From positions 24,535 to 88,534 of IMG/VR virus record IMGVR_UViG_3300037067_013676: a DNA stretch of 64,000 nt, one strand, 5' to 3'. Of the stretch, positions 28,136 to 38,126 are shown one piece after another. This DNA is from a virus. Taxonomy: Duplodnaviria; Caudoviricetes. How positions within the stretch are numbered: the first letter of the stretch is position 1; every line of letters starts with the position of its first letter. The position numbers were made by a program, and so were the translations under genes. A model generated the notes under the pieces. The model searched no databases and was not told the DNA's origin. It was given only the letters and a program-made list of their open reading frames with translations.

Positions 28136-28708
28136 TTAACCAGTCTCCTTTTTATTCATTATTATAGTATAATCTGCCTTTTCTATACCATTTTTACCAA
28201 CTACATAAGAATCTATATATGAAGAAGCACTTGCATCATAAACATTATAACGTATAGCAGCAAATATTTTTACAAATGTTATAGTAGTATCGCTTAATTT
28301 ATCCCAATAAATTTCTGGATAAATACTTGTAATTAAATCCCATTCGCTATCTGTTAATGGATTTTGATTAATACCTGGAGTCCAACTTGTCATAACTCCA
28401 GTACTTAAATTTTTAGTATATTGAGTAGTAAAACTATCTGCAAATGCAGTAGCAGAATAAGAAGTTCCTATACTAGTTACTCCAACATTTATTCTTACAT
28501 TTAATAAAAAAGCATTAATCATAACATTAACATTATCAATCGGAACAGTGGCATAATTTGGTAAGTATACTGGAGCATAATATTTATCTGTGTCAATTAG
28601 TTCATTTGACATAACAACTTGGGAACTATCTACTACATATGGCATATTTGGAGTTATTTTTAAAGTACTTCCATCTGCGTCTTTTATTTTTAATCCATAA
28701 ACAGACAT
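28136..28708 (-). CDS. minor tail protein, repeat-domain copy 3
   Basis: MSVYGLKIKD...YTKNLSTGVMTSWTPG...IYPEIYWDK...IFAA; TAATG overlap. Confidence 0.65.
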   Translation of the reverse strand: MSVYGLKIKDADGSTLKITPNMPYVVDSSQVVMSNELIDTDKYYAPVYLPNYATVPIDNVNVMINAFLLNVRINVGVTSIGTSYSATAFADSFTTQYTKNLSTGVMTSWTPGINQNPLTDSEWDLITSIYPEIYWDKLSDTTITFVKIFAAIRYNVYDASASSYIDSYVVGKNGIEKADYTIIMNKKETG

Positions 28709-30552
28709 TAAAAATCCCACTCCTTTAAAAATACTGCATAATCTACAGAAGTTATCCCGCCAGTATTTCCAATACTGTAAACAGCTTTTATTTCTGAAAG
28801 ACCATCAACAATAATATAACATGTAGCTGCCCATAAACGAACAGAAGTTAAATTTTCTCCAACTCTATCCCATCCAACTATAGGGAATATAGAAACAATC
28901 GCATCCCATGTATTTGGGGTTGACGCTGTATGTGAACCTGGAGTAAATGTTGTCATAACACCAGTTGTTGAATCTTTAGTATAATAAGTATAATCATCAT
29001 CTAAATAAATACTTGGTATATATCGCATTGTGGAAGCTGGGTCTCCCGAAGCCCAACCTAAACCACAACCAAAAGCTTCCCAAGTTATATTACCATGAGG
29101 CAGTATAAATACTCCAATATTAGAAACAGGTATGGATGCGGTTCCTGGTAAATCAATATCAAATCCATAAGTACCATCTCCATTTAAACTATTAGGCATT
29201 GTTGCAGTTCCACTACTAATAACAGTTCCAATTTCAGGAGTTAAAACATTTATATCAGTCCCATCTTTTATTTTTAATCCATACTTAACTACTTCATCAA
29301 TAGAAAAAGATCCTAAATATGCTTTTACTGAACCACTACCAGAACAATAAAATCTAATTTTAATTTTATAAGCCCCCGATGGTGCAACAACATTTTCTAC
29401 ATAAGATTTAGTATAACTTTGATTAGCAGTTAATGCGGCTATAGAGTGACTAGAAATTAAATCTCCATTTGAATCTAACCATTCATATTTAAAATTTACA
29501 TTTGCACTTGCTACATATGATAATATTTTTATGTATCCATTTATGTTAAAAGTAAGATTAGCTATACTTTTTCCAAAATCTACTATTTTATATACTTCAC
29601 AATTTCCAGAACCTTTATATTCCAATTCTTGACATCTATATCCTTTAAATACATCAGTATTATTCCAAACAGAAACAAAATTATAATCGTCTACAGATAA
29701 TACCCAACCATAATAATCATTTGTTTGTGTTATACGTTTTATTCCATTTTTACCATTTCCGCCTGACGCACCATTACCTCCATTATAGGATCTTCCACCA
29801 CCACCGCCACCTCCTCCTCTTACCGTTCCGTTTCCACCTACACTATTCGAACCTCCACTACCATTATTACCATTAATACCTTTACCCCCATTTCCACCAG
29901 CTTCAGCACCATAATATTGATTTGTACCAGTTCCTAAAGATCCTCCAGTACCAGCTAAACCGCCAGAAAAACTTATTGTGCCCAAATTAGTCAAAGAATA
30001 ATAAAATAAATCTATTTGACCAGCATCTCCACCACTGCCACCTCCTCCTCCACCCCCACCCCCACCTCTAAAACCACCCCCATTAGTACCGTTAGAACCA
30101 TTAACACCGTTTTCCCCAGAAGAAGTTATTGTACCTTGATTATTTAAGGTATAAGCGGCTAAAAATAAATCCCCTCTTTTTCTTCCCCCACTTCCCCCAC
30201 TACCTCCAGCACCGCCCGAGTCTCCAGAATCAAATCTTGCACCACTACCACCGCCTCCACCACCAGCTCCATTACCTTCTGTAGCTGATGATGATCCATT
30301 AGTCCCAGGATTACCAGTTTGACCACTGGGGGATGCGCCACCAGCACCACCTATTCCACCACTTCCAATAAAAGATGAACAAATTGTTCCATTATTTAAT
30401 AAAGTTTCAGCAACTCTAACTCTATATCCATCAGTAGTTAAAGTTATTCCACCATTAATAGTTAAATTATTATAACATTTATCAGAAGTTAAAGTAGTGT
30501 TAGATGATATTGTAACATCTCCATTTGTTCCATTACCAAATATTCCTGCCAT
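28708..30552 (-). CDS. glycine-rich minor tail protein with C-terminal repeat-domain copy 2
   Basis: N-terminal GNGTNGDVTISSNTTL plus long GGGGG runs; middle CBM-like part; C-terminal YGLKIKD...YYTKDSTTGVMTTFTPG. Confidence 0.7.
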   Translation of the reverse strand: MAGIFGNGTNGDVTISSNTTLTSDKCYNNLTINGGITLTTDGYRVRVAETLLNNGTICSSFIGSGGIGGAGGASPSGQTGNPGTNGSSSATEGNGAGGGGGGSGARFDSGDSGGAGGSGGSGGRKRGDLFLAAYTLNNQGTITSSGENGVNGSNGTNGGGFRGGGGGGGGGGSGGDAGQIDLFYYSLTNLGTISFSGGLAGTGGSLGTGTNQYYGAEAGGNGGKGINGNNGSGGSNSVGGNGTVRGGGGGGGGRSYNGGNGASGGNGKNGIKRITQTNDYYGWVLSVDDYNFVSVWNNTDVFKGYRCQELEYKGSGNCEVYKIVDFGKSIANLTFNINGYIKILSYVASANVNFKYEWLDSNGDLISSHSIAALTANQSYTKSYVENVVAPSGAYKIKIRFYCSGSGSVKAYLGSFSIDEVVKYGLKIKDGTDINVLTPEIGTVISSGTATMPNSLNGDGTYGFDIDLPGTASIPVSNIGVFILPHGNITWEAFGCGLGWASGDPASTMRYIPSIYLDDDYTYYTKDSTTGVMTTFTPGSHTASTPNTWDAIVSIFPIVGWDRVGENLTSVRLWAATCYIIVDGLSEIKAVYSIGNTGGITSVDYAVFLKEWDF

Positions 30553-30562
30553 TTAACTCCTC

Positions 30563-31150
30563 TTAATAATTATATTTTTTAGTAATAATAGTATAATCTA
30601 TTGTTTCTACTCCATCAGTATAAATTGAATATCTAAATTGATTTACAGGATATGTATTAGGTGGAGTATACGAAGTTTCCGTTGGTATATTTGTACAATA
30701 ACATGTGGCAGCAAATATTTTTATACTATTTACTTCAGTTGCTCCCAATAATTCCCAATAAATAAGAGGATAAGCTGTTATTGATTGATGCCAAGTTGAA
30801 GGATTGGATAAAGTTCTATTACCAGCAGTATGAGTTGTTAATATTCCAGTATCCAAATCTTTAGTATAATAAGTATAAGAAGTACTTAAAAAACTTGATT
30901 GCCAACCATAACCAAAAGAAGATTCTCCACTTTGTCTAACTGTTCGCATAGTCCATTTTACTGGAGTAGCAAAAACAGCTAAACTAGAAACTGGAATTGT
31001 GTCTGGAAGATTTATTGTAGTATAATACTTATTTGTATCAACTAACCCAGAAGGCATTGTAACTCTTCCAGAACTTATTATAGTGCCTATGTTAGATGTT
31101 ATTTTACAACTATTACCTAATACATCAGTTACTCTTACTCCGTAACTCAT
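30563..31150 (-). CDS. minor tail protein, repeat-domain copy 1
   Basis: MSYGVRVTD...YYTKDLDTGILTTHTAG...YPLIYWE...IFAA. Confidence 0.65.
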   Translation of the reverse strand: MSYGVRVTDVLGNSCKITSNIGTIISSGRVTMPSGLVDTNKYYTTINLPDTIPVSSLAVFATPVKWTMRTVRQSGESSFGYGWQSSFLSTSYTYYTKDLDTGILTTHTAGNRTLSNPSTWHQSITAYPLIYWELLGATEVNSIKIFAATCYCTNIPTETSYTPPNTYPVNQFRYSIYTDGVETIDYTIITKKYNY

Positions 31151-33351
31151 GACAAGAGTCCTAATTCTACACGAAGATTACCAGAATCATCATATACTTT
31201 AATTATTTTATTTGATCCATCCAACACTACTTTTCCCCCACTGCCAACATTAATAGCTTCGTCAATAGTTAAACTGCCAGTATTAATCGCAATTGCATCT
31301 AATTGTGTTACATTAAGTTTATCGGCAGATATACTATCAGCTTGTATTCTGGCAGAATTTATATAGCCAGTTACTATTCCAGAAGCGTCAATGGTAGTTC
31401 CAAACCCTCTACCAATACTTATTATTGGTGCAACACTACTACTTTCACCTGGATCGCACATTGCCAATAAAACTTTACCAGAACCAACTGAGTCACTGTA
31501 AGTTGTGCTAGTTTGTAACACTGTTTGAGATACAGCATCATCGTAATAAATATATGTAATATTTCCTACATCTCCAGTATTTCCAGCAACTATAGTTTTA
31601 GTAGTTCCATCAGAGAATTCTATATTACCTGAAGTCCATTCTACAGTATTATAATCTACATTAGAAAAAACTATAGTAGTTACATAATTTCTATCTCCTA
31701 AACTAACGCTGTCTGCGAGTATATCTCCACGAACTATTAGTGAATGTATAGATTCATCCCATTTAATATAGTTTTCACTACCCATATCACCTATAATAAC
31801 ATCACCAGTATCAGCACTTCCACTAACACTTTCTAAAAATACACTAAATTTTCTAGTGCTGGAATCATCATATAAAAACAATCCTTCATCCGATAACTCT
31901 ATTCTTCTTCCAGTTATGGCAGTTTTTATATCTGGGGCATATAGTTTACCTCTTAAATATACATTATCAGAATATAAACCATATCCAGAAAGTGTTCCAT
32001 ATAAATCATCGGTTATACCAGCCAAATTACCTAATCTAACTTTAGTAGTCCAATCATTATAAGTGGTAGAGTTTCTTAAATTTATATCTATAAAAGGAGC
32101 ATAATTAGATACAGCATCTAAAGAAATAAATCCATTATTAGTGGTTCCCGAAGAAACAATAGCAGTTCCTTCAGTCCATGTAGGATTTGTAGTATATGAA
32201 TTTGAAATATCTCTAGTTACTGTGTAGGTTGGAGCATTAGAAACATTTGTAACTAACATCCATTCTTGATTTATTCCACTTTTTATTGTTAATACTTCAT
32301 TCAGAGAAAATACAGCTTCTTCAACAGTTATTGTTGTATCACTTGCGGATACATCTAAGGCTAAAACTGAAGCATTGCCAATATATACCTTCCCGCCTAC
32401 TGCCGATATTTGATCATATTCAAATACAGAAGAACTTATTATTCCTCTAATTCTAACATTTTCAAATTCGGCATATCCTCCATCCTCAATTCGAAAACCA
32501 CGTGATTCACTAACAAAATTCCCACTTCCAATACTATTTTTAGTAACTAAAATGTTACCTATTTTTGCATCATCAGTAGTAAATCGTGCTATTTCTATTC
32601 CATTATCATCATAAAAGAATGTTCCATTTCTATTAAATTTAGCTAAAGTAGTATCATTTGTAGAAAGTAATCTTAATTCAGAACTATCTAATTCAAGTGT
32701 TCCTTGTGTATTAATTATTTTTAAATTTTCGCTCAGTCTAATATTACCTATTAAATTATCAGCTAAAATAGGAGATATGTTATCTCTTAATAATTCTATA
32801 GTATCTTCTTCAAATCTGTTATTATATCCATATAATTTATATTCTTTAAAATTAACTATATAAGCATTCCAAGAACTATCCTTATTATCTTGTATTAAAG
32901 AAGTGGTTCCAGGTTGAGGAACAATTATTTTAGCCATAGTTAATTTTTTAGCATCGTAGGTTTTTTCTACCATGACCATATCTCTATATAAAACTATATA
33001 AAACACAGAACAGGTATTATCAAAAGGTATTTGTAATGTTAAATTTTCTGTAAGTTCATATAAAACTCCACCTACAGCACCTTTACCGGAACTAATATTA
33101 ACACTACTAGAAATAGGGCTGGTTTCTACAACCTCCAATCCATTTATTATAGTTGAGGGAAGAGTTTCTTCTAATAAATTTTGTACTCCAGAAATTATTT
33201 CTGCTGTAGTAGCGTTTGATGCATTACTAAAACCCAGAGTACCTGTTCTACTAGTTTGATTATTATAAGAAGATTTAGTATTATAAGATACTCTCTTTTC
33301 AATTTCTTTTACAATTTGAGAGTAAATATTTTTTGTAGTGAGTTTGTTCAC
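31147..33351 (-). CDS. tail tip / central fibre-like protein
   Basis: VRLGNLAGI, IQADSISADKL (Gp58-like), ends LRVELGLLS; beta-rich. Confidence 0.7.
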   Translation of the reverse strand: MNKLTTKNIYSQIVKEIEKRVSYNTKSSYNNQTSRTGTLGFSNASNATTAEIISGVQNLLEETLPSTIINGLEVVETSPISSSVNISSGKGAVGGVLYELTENLTLQIPFDNTCSVFYIVLYRDMVMVEKTYDAKKLTMAKIIVPQPGTTSLIQDNKDSSWNAYIVNFKEYKLYGYNNRFEEDTIELLRDNISPILADNLIGNIRLSENLKIINTQGTLELDSSELRLLSTNDTTLAKFNRNGTFFYDDNGIEIARFTTDDAKIGNILVTKNSIGSGNFVSESRGFRIEDGGYAEFENVRIRGIISSSVFEYDQISAVGGKVYIGNASVLALDVSASDTTITVEEAVFSLNEVLTIKSGINQEWMLVTNVSNAPTYTVTRDISNSYTTNPTWTEGTAIVSSGTTNNGFISLDAVSNYAPFIDINLRNSTTYNDWTTKVRLGNLAGITDDLYGTLSGYGLYSDNVYLRGKLYAPDIKTAITGRRIELSDEGLFLYDDSSTRKFSVFLESVSGSADTGDVIIGDMGSENYIKWDESIHSLIVRGDILADSVSLGDRNYVTTIVFSNVDYNTVEWTSGNIEFSDGTTKTIVAGNTGDVGNITYIYYDDAVSQTVLQTSTTYSDSVGSGKVLLAMCDPGESSSVAPIISIGRGFGTTIDASGIVTGYINSARIQADSISADKLNVTQLDAIAINTGSLTIDEAINVGSGGKVVLDGSNKIIKVYDDSGNLRVELGLLS

Positions 33352-33359
33352 TTATGTGT

Positions 33360-33512
33360 TTATTCCTTCACTTCTGTTTTTACTTCTTCTGGTTCTTTAA
33401 CTAAATCTTCAATTAAAGCAATCTGCCCAACTATTTGATCGTAAATTCTAGCTGTTCTGTCTCTTAATTCTTGTTTTTCCTTTAATAACTTGATTAAACC
33501 TTCTCTGTTCAT
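33360..33512 (-). CDS. 50-aa coiled-coil hypothetical protein (not in ORF track)
   Basis: SD AAGGAG; MNREGLIKLLKEKQELRDRTARIYDQIVGQIALIEDLVKEPEEVKTEVKE*. Confidence 0.7.
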   Translation of the reverse strand: MNREGLIKLLKEKQELRDRTARIYDQIVGQIALIEDLVKEPEEVKTEVKE

Positions 33513-33514
33513 TT

Positions 33515-34006
33515 TTACTCCTTTCTTTTTTCTGCTATTAATTTAATTCCCCAGTTTTGGCATAAATCATCAAACAAACTCTGGGGGAATGATACCCCAC
33601 TAACTTCTTTTGTCCCAATTTTAATTATAGCACCACAAAATCTACCGCCATCAAAATTAGTATTTGCATAGGACACTTTGCTTACATCTGCATTAGAAAA
33701 ATTACAAAACTTAGCATCGCAATCTCTAATCCAAGATATACCTACAAATCTAGCACCTTCAAAATTACAGTGATTCATTTTGCAATGAATTAAACTAAAA
33801 GAAAGTTTGGCGTTTTCATCGCCTAATACACAATTAGAAAAATTACATCCAGATATATCTCTATCTCTAACATTAAGTTTCTTTATGATAGCTCTTGAAA
33901 GATTCACATTTCTTAAATCTACATTCTCCACTAATGAAGATATATCTAAACCATTTTTTATTGCTGTATCAATTTTAGTTTTAAGAATATTTGTATATGG
34001 TAGCAT
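33515..34006 (-). CDS. pentapeptide repeat protein
   Basis: VDLRN VNLSR..DISGC NFSNC..KMNHC NFEGA RFVG..DAKFC NFSNA DVSKV SYANT NFDGG. Confidence 0.85.
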   Translation of the reverse strand: MLPYTNILKTKIDTAIKNGLDISSLVENVDLRNVNLSRAIIKKLNVRDRDISGCNFSNCVLGDENAKLSFSLIHCKMNHCNFEGARFVGISWIRDCDAKFCNFSNADVSKVSYANTNFDGGRFCGAIIKIGTKEVSGVSFPQSLFDDLCQNWGIKLIAEKRKE

Positions 34007-34017
34007 TTTATTTCCTT

Positions 34018-34731
34018 TTATGAAGATGGATAGTTATATTGATTTAAATATTTAGTTTTTTTATGACATTTTTTGCATAATATTTGACCGCTATTTATAT
34101 TCCAGAAAGGTTCATATGTAGTGGCAAGTCTAAGTAAAGTTTCTTTATCTTCCATCGGACTGAATTGTGAATAAATACTTAAAAATTCATTAAATATAAT
34201 AATAAATTCTTTTATATGATGACATTCTATAGGTCTACCAATATGACCACATTCTTGGCAGGTATAGTTATCTCTTTTAAATATTTGATTTCTCCAAGTT
34301 TTATATTCTGGTAAATGTCTAATTGCTTTATAAAGAGGATATTTAACTTTAAAATTTTTCCAATTATAATTTTTATCACCTTTTCCTAAACCCAATCTAA
34401 TTCTTGTTTCACTTAGTTTTTTCCTATGTTCTGGAGATAATTTTTTATTTTTATTAGAAGACCAATATTTATTTTTTCTTATATATTTTCTTGAACAAGA
34501 AGGACATCGTGAAGCATATGAATTAGATAGTTTTTTACCACAATCAATACATATTGGATTTCTTCTATAAGTTTTATTTTTACTGATTTTATTCCTAGCT
34601 TTTATTTTATTACTACAAGACATACATCTAGTACTTCCTACACTTATTTCTTTCCCACAGTCTATACAATAATATTTTTTACAGTATTTACCATTTTTAT
34701 AATTAAAATTATCTTTGCCCTTTTTATACAT
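34018..34731 (-). CDS. free-standing HNH homing endonuclease (family B)
   Basis: RDNYTCQECG...IECHHIK...GQILCKKCH; repeated CIDCGK..CxxC modules. Confidence 0.87.
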   Translation of the reverse strand: MYKKGKDNFNYKNGKYCKKYYCIDCGKEISVGSTRCMSCSNKIKARNKISKNKTYRRNPICIDCGKKLSNSYASRCPSCSRKYIRKNKYWSSNKNKKLSPEHRKKLSETRIRLGLGKGDKNYNWKNFKVKYPLYKAIRHLPEYKTWRNQIFKRDNYTCQECGHIGRPIECHHIKEFIIIFNEFLSIYSQFSPMEDKETLLRLATTYEPFWNINSGQILCKKCHKKTKYLNQYNYPSS

Positions 34732-34739
34732 TTATTCTC

Positions 34740-36317
34740 CTAAGAAGATGGATAAAAACTTAACAAAATTGTGTAATAGCCGTTATTATCTTTTATCGAT
34801 TCACAAAAATAATTCCTATTTATATTTGTAAATTCGTCAACTACTCTTATTGTATCACCAACACTTAAATGTGGGGAATATAATACATCAACTTGTATTT
34901 TAGTATGGTTTTTAACAAATTCCTTCAAAAACTCTTTAGTTACATAGTCTAATTGTGTTTTACTATATAAAGTGTTATCATCTACTTTGTTTGCTTTATA
35001 TAATCTATCCCCTAACTTATGCTTTAACCCTTTATAATCGTAAAGAGTATTATCACCTTCAATTTCTTCAACTACCAAAGAATCTATGCTATGTGATTCA
35101 CTTAAACCACTTACTCCACTAAAAGAAGTTGATGTGGTATCTGTATAAGTAAATACATCAAAAGTTCCATCACTATTCTTTATGTAGGCAGTTTTTGAAG
35201 TTTCGCCAGAATCTAGTTCAAATCCTTCAGTAGAATCAACTAATATAGATGTTGGATATTCTCCAGATGTTAAAGCAGTTAAGTCTATAGCAGAAGATAA
35301 ATAGGTTACGGGTATAAGTTTAGCTTCAGATTTTATTATTATGTCATCGTACGCAGATATTTCAGTCAGAGCAACTACCCAAACTCCAGACTGTGTAGTA
35401 ATTATAGTTCCATTCGCAGTACCCGAATCTATAGTTCCATAATCAATTAACTGTTGTCTATTAGAATCACTTACAGTTACTTTTGTAGAACTATATTCTA
35501 TTTTTTCTACATTTTCCAATACTAATTTTAAATATCTAGCAGTAAATCCCACACCTAAATCACTTTCTTCAAAACTTTTAGAACTTCCACCATTTAAAGA
35601 AAAACTATTGGTTTTATCAGAAATTTCATAGTAATTACTTCCATCTGTGGAATATTGTATAGTAGCAGTAAAATTAATGTCAAATTTCCTATTTTCATCT
35701 GGTCTAAAAAATCCAGCAAGTATGTCAAGTGCTTGAATAGTTTTAACCGCCCCCAAATCTATTATAGCGTAATTATATCCAGTTGGAGGTTCGCCATAAA
35801 ATATAGTTTGAACTTGAGTGTCCCATCTACCATCTATAACAGCAGCTACATCGGTAAACACTGTTACTACACTGTAGTACTGATAAGTAGCTTTAACTGT
35901 AGCTTGTGCAGGAACTTTTATTAGTTTTTTAGCTATCTTAAATTCTGCTTTATCATAATCTATTATTAAATCATCTGTAGAATAAAATACATAATACGTT
36001 GCTGTAGCAACACTTTCTACATCTGTATTCTTTTCTGAACCTGGCACATTTAAAATTCCAGCACCATAATCCATAAATTCATAATATGGTGCTAAAGTGT
36101 AAACTTCCTCTCCAAAAGAATCATAAAATATAATAGATTTAGAAGGATCAATACTAGAATGGGCGAATTTTATCCTGTAGTATGTGTAGGTATGTGAAGT
36201 TACTTCCGTACCACCACCGCCACCCCTTATTCTATAAGAAACATTTATAATGGGATTTTTATGAGAATACCAAAATATAATCTCCCACAATAATAAAGAA
36301 AATAAAATAAATAACAC
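34740..36317 (-). CDS. tail/baseplate protein, downstream part (same frame as 36318..38126)
   Basis: Discoidin/F5-8-like segment (AVIDGRWDT...IIDLG...IQYSTDG..Y...ARYLKL); C-terminal SPHLSVGDTIRV typical of hub proteins; hydrophobic N-terminal 31 aa. Confidence 0.7.
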   Translation of the reverse strand: MLFILFSLLLWEIIFWYSHKNPIINVSYRIRGGGGGTEVTSHTYTYYRIKFAHSSIDPSKSIIFYDSFGEEVYTLAPYYEFMDYGAGILNVPGSEKNTDVESVATATYYVFYSTDDLIIDYDKAEFKIAKKLIKVPAQATVKATYQYYSVVTVFTDVAAVIDGRWDTQVQTIFYGEPPTGYNYAIIDLGAVKTIQALDILAGFFRPDENRKFDINFTATIQYSTDGSNYYEISDKTNSFSLNGGSSKSFEESDLGVGFTARYLKLVLENVEKIEYSSTKVTVSDSNRQQLIDYGTIDSGTANGTIITTQSGVWVVALTEISAYDDIIIKSEAKLIPVTYLSSAIDLTALTSGEYPTSILVDSTEGFELDSGETSKTAYIKNSDGTFDVFTYTDTTSTSFSGVSGLSESHSIDSLVVEEIEGDNTLYDYKGLKHKLGDRLYKANKVDDNTLYSKTQLDYVTKEFLKEFVKNHTKIQVDVLYSPHLSVGDTIRVVDEFTNINRNYFCESIKDNNGYYTILLSFYPSS

Positions 36318-38126
36318 TTATTTGCCCCCTCCACTCTTAGTTACGGTCGTGTTCGTAATTTCAATTGCGATCGCCTGCCCAGCTACTACATGTGAAGTAT
36401 TGTCTATTGCAACTTCATTTATATATATTGTGGGTTTCATAGTTTCTACCGTTATAGCTCCAATTCCAGAAACGGGCGACCCATAGACATAATAATTATC
36501 TTCTTCTCTTAAATTAGTTAATTCTGAAGCAGTTGCGGTTGCTTTATAAGATTCTCCAGTACCTACAAATGTAACTCCATCGCCATACATTAAATTAGTT
36601 GGATTTTTATTTTTTCCATAAAATACAGTTCTTGTATACAAGTCATCATCTTCCATGAACGTTAATGCAGTTGCTAATTTTAATGTATAATCTTCATTTA
36701 CTCTCTGTGAATAGTAATTAGCCCAAATTTTATTATTGCCTTTAGTTCTAACCAAAAAGTTGGGAGCGACATACTCTTTGACCTTTTTTAATGCTTCATA
36801 TCTATTCTCAACTTCTCTTGAACGAAAACTAATTCTATTTAGTGAAATACCAGAAGCTTGTAAAGTTTTGAAGAAATAATCCCTATTACATGTAATCAAT
36901 GATTGAGTGGAAATAGCATTTTCTATTATTATTCTACCATATCTTTTATCAACATAAACTAAACCTCCTCCATCATGTGGTATAGTAAAATCGCCTGAAA
37001 CTAAATCTGTTACAAGATTAGAAAAATAGAGGTACCAAACCCTACCTGCGGCATAACTATTAGTATATTCAAAATAACTACTTATTGCATGATTTTTTAA
37101 TGAATTATTACCTGTAGTTGGTATTCCTTGTAATGTAGTACCACTAATAGACGACCAAGTAAAAGTATCTCCATTAACATTACCTTCACCTGAAGTTGGC
37201 AGTCCTTCAACTGAATCTAAAGTTAAAGTACTATTTCCAGCGGTAAAAGCTGAAGATAATTGATGATATATAGTAATGTTTGTAGAAGTGTAGTTGGGCA
37301 CTAGGGTATCAATCGTAGTTCCCATTTCATCATAAAAAGCTGTGGTTAAATGATTGTCAATTACTTTTTGAGCATTAGATTCATTAAACATAAATTTCCC
37401 ATAGCCATCTGCGGCAGTGAGTATATCTTCTATTATGTCTTCTACATAAACGCCATGAACATAAAAAGAATAGGTGGCGACTAAATCATAATTATCTTTT
37501 GCATTTAAAACACTCCCAAGTTTTACTTGTCCATTCTCATACATCACAGTGTAACCGTCCCACTGTGGATCTTCTACATCAGTATTTTTATTCCTAATAA
37601 CTAAAATAGGTAAAGGATTATCTGCAATATTATTATTTGCAAAATTAAATACTTGTGCTAATGTATTGTTTGGTGAAGATAAATAATTTGGAGTTAATAC
37701 TTCTTCTACCACTTGTATTTTAGTGCCTTCTACTTCTAAGTCTATGTCAGTAAATTGAAGTTCAGATATAGCGTCTAGTCCAACAATAGTAACAGTTCTA
37801 TCTGTTGCAGATTCCCCAAAAGAACGTTGATTTACTTTTCCATAAAACTTTTTAAATTCTTTACTTGAACCTTCAAAATATTCACTAAATTCTATTACAT
37901 CACCAACTTCTATTTTACTAGCACCATTATCACCAAATATATTAGCATTATTATTTAACACAAAAGTAGCAGACATGGAACCAAAACTAATGTCACTACT
38001 CAATCCCCAACTAATTAAATAATCAGAAATGTCTACAGAATCTATCTTTAGAATAAATTTAACCTTTACATCTTTATTATTTAATTGATTTTCTATAGTT
38101 ACTGGTAGTAAAGTTTCTTTAGACAT
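36318..38126 (-). CDS. tail/baseplate hub-like protein, upstream part
   Basis: Follows the Dit-like gene; ATFVLNN...IEVGDVI...KFYGKVN...TIVGLDAISEL hub pattern. Confidence 0.72.
   Translation of the reverse strand: MSKETLLPVTIENQLNNKDVKVKFILKIDSVDISDYLISWGLSSDISFGSMSATFVLNNNANIFGDNGASKIEVGDVIEFSEYFEGSSKEFKKFYGKVNQRSFGESATDRTVTIVGLDAISELQFTDIDLEVEGTKIQVVEEVLTPNYLSSPNNTLAQVFNFANNNIADNPLPILVIRNKNTDVEDPQWDGYTVMYENGQVKLGSVLNAKDNYDLVATYSFYVHGVYVEDIIEDILTAADGYGKFMFNESNAQKVIDNHLTTAFYDEMGTTIDTLVPNYTSTNITIYHQLSSAFTAGNSTLTLDSVEGLPTSGEGNVNGDTFTWSSISGTTLQGIPTTGNNSLKNHAISSYFEYTNSYAAGRVWYLYFSNLVTDLVSGDFTIPHDGGGLVYVDKRYGRIIIENAISTQSLITCNRDYFFKTLQASGISLNRISFRSREVENRYEALKKVKEYVAPNFLVRTKGNNKIWANYYSQRVNEDYTLKLATALTFMEDDDLYTRTVFYGKNKNPTNLMYGDGVTFVGTGESYKATATASELTNLREEDNYYVYGSPVSGIGAITVETMKPTIYINEVAIDNTSHVVAGQAIAIEITNTTVTKSGGGK

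Noticed and set aside
25159-34152. Diversity-generating retroelement (TR/VR pair)
   Set aside because: The repeats lie inside HNH genes, flanking differences are not adenine-specific, and no reverse transcriptase is present.
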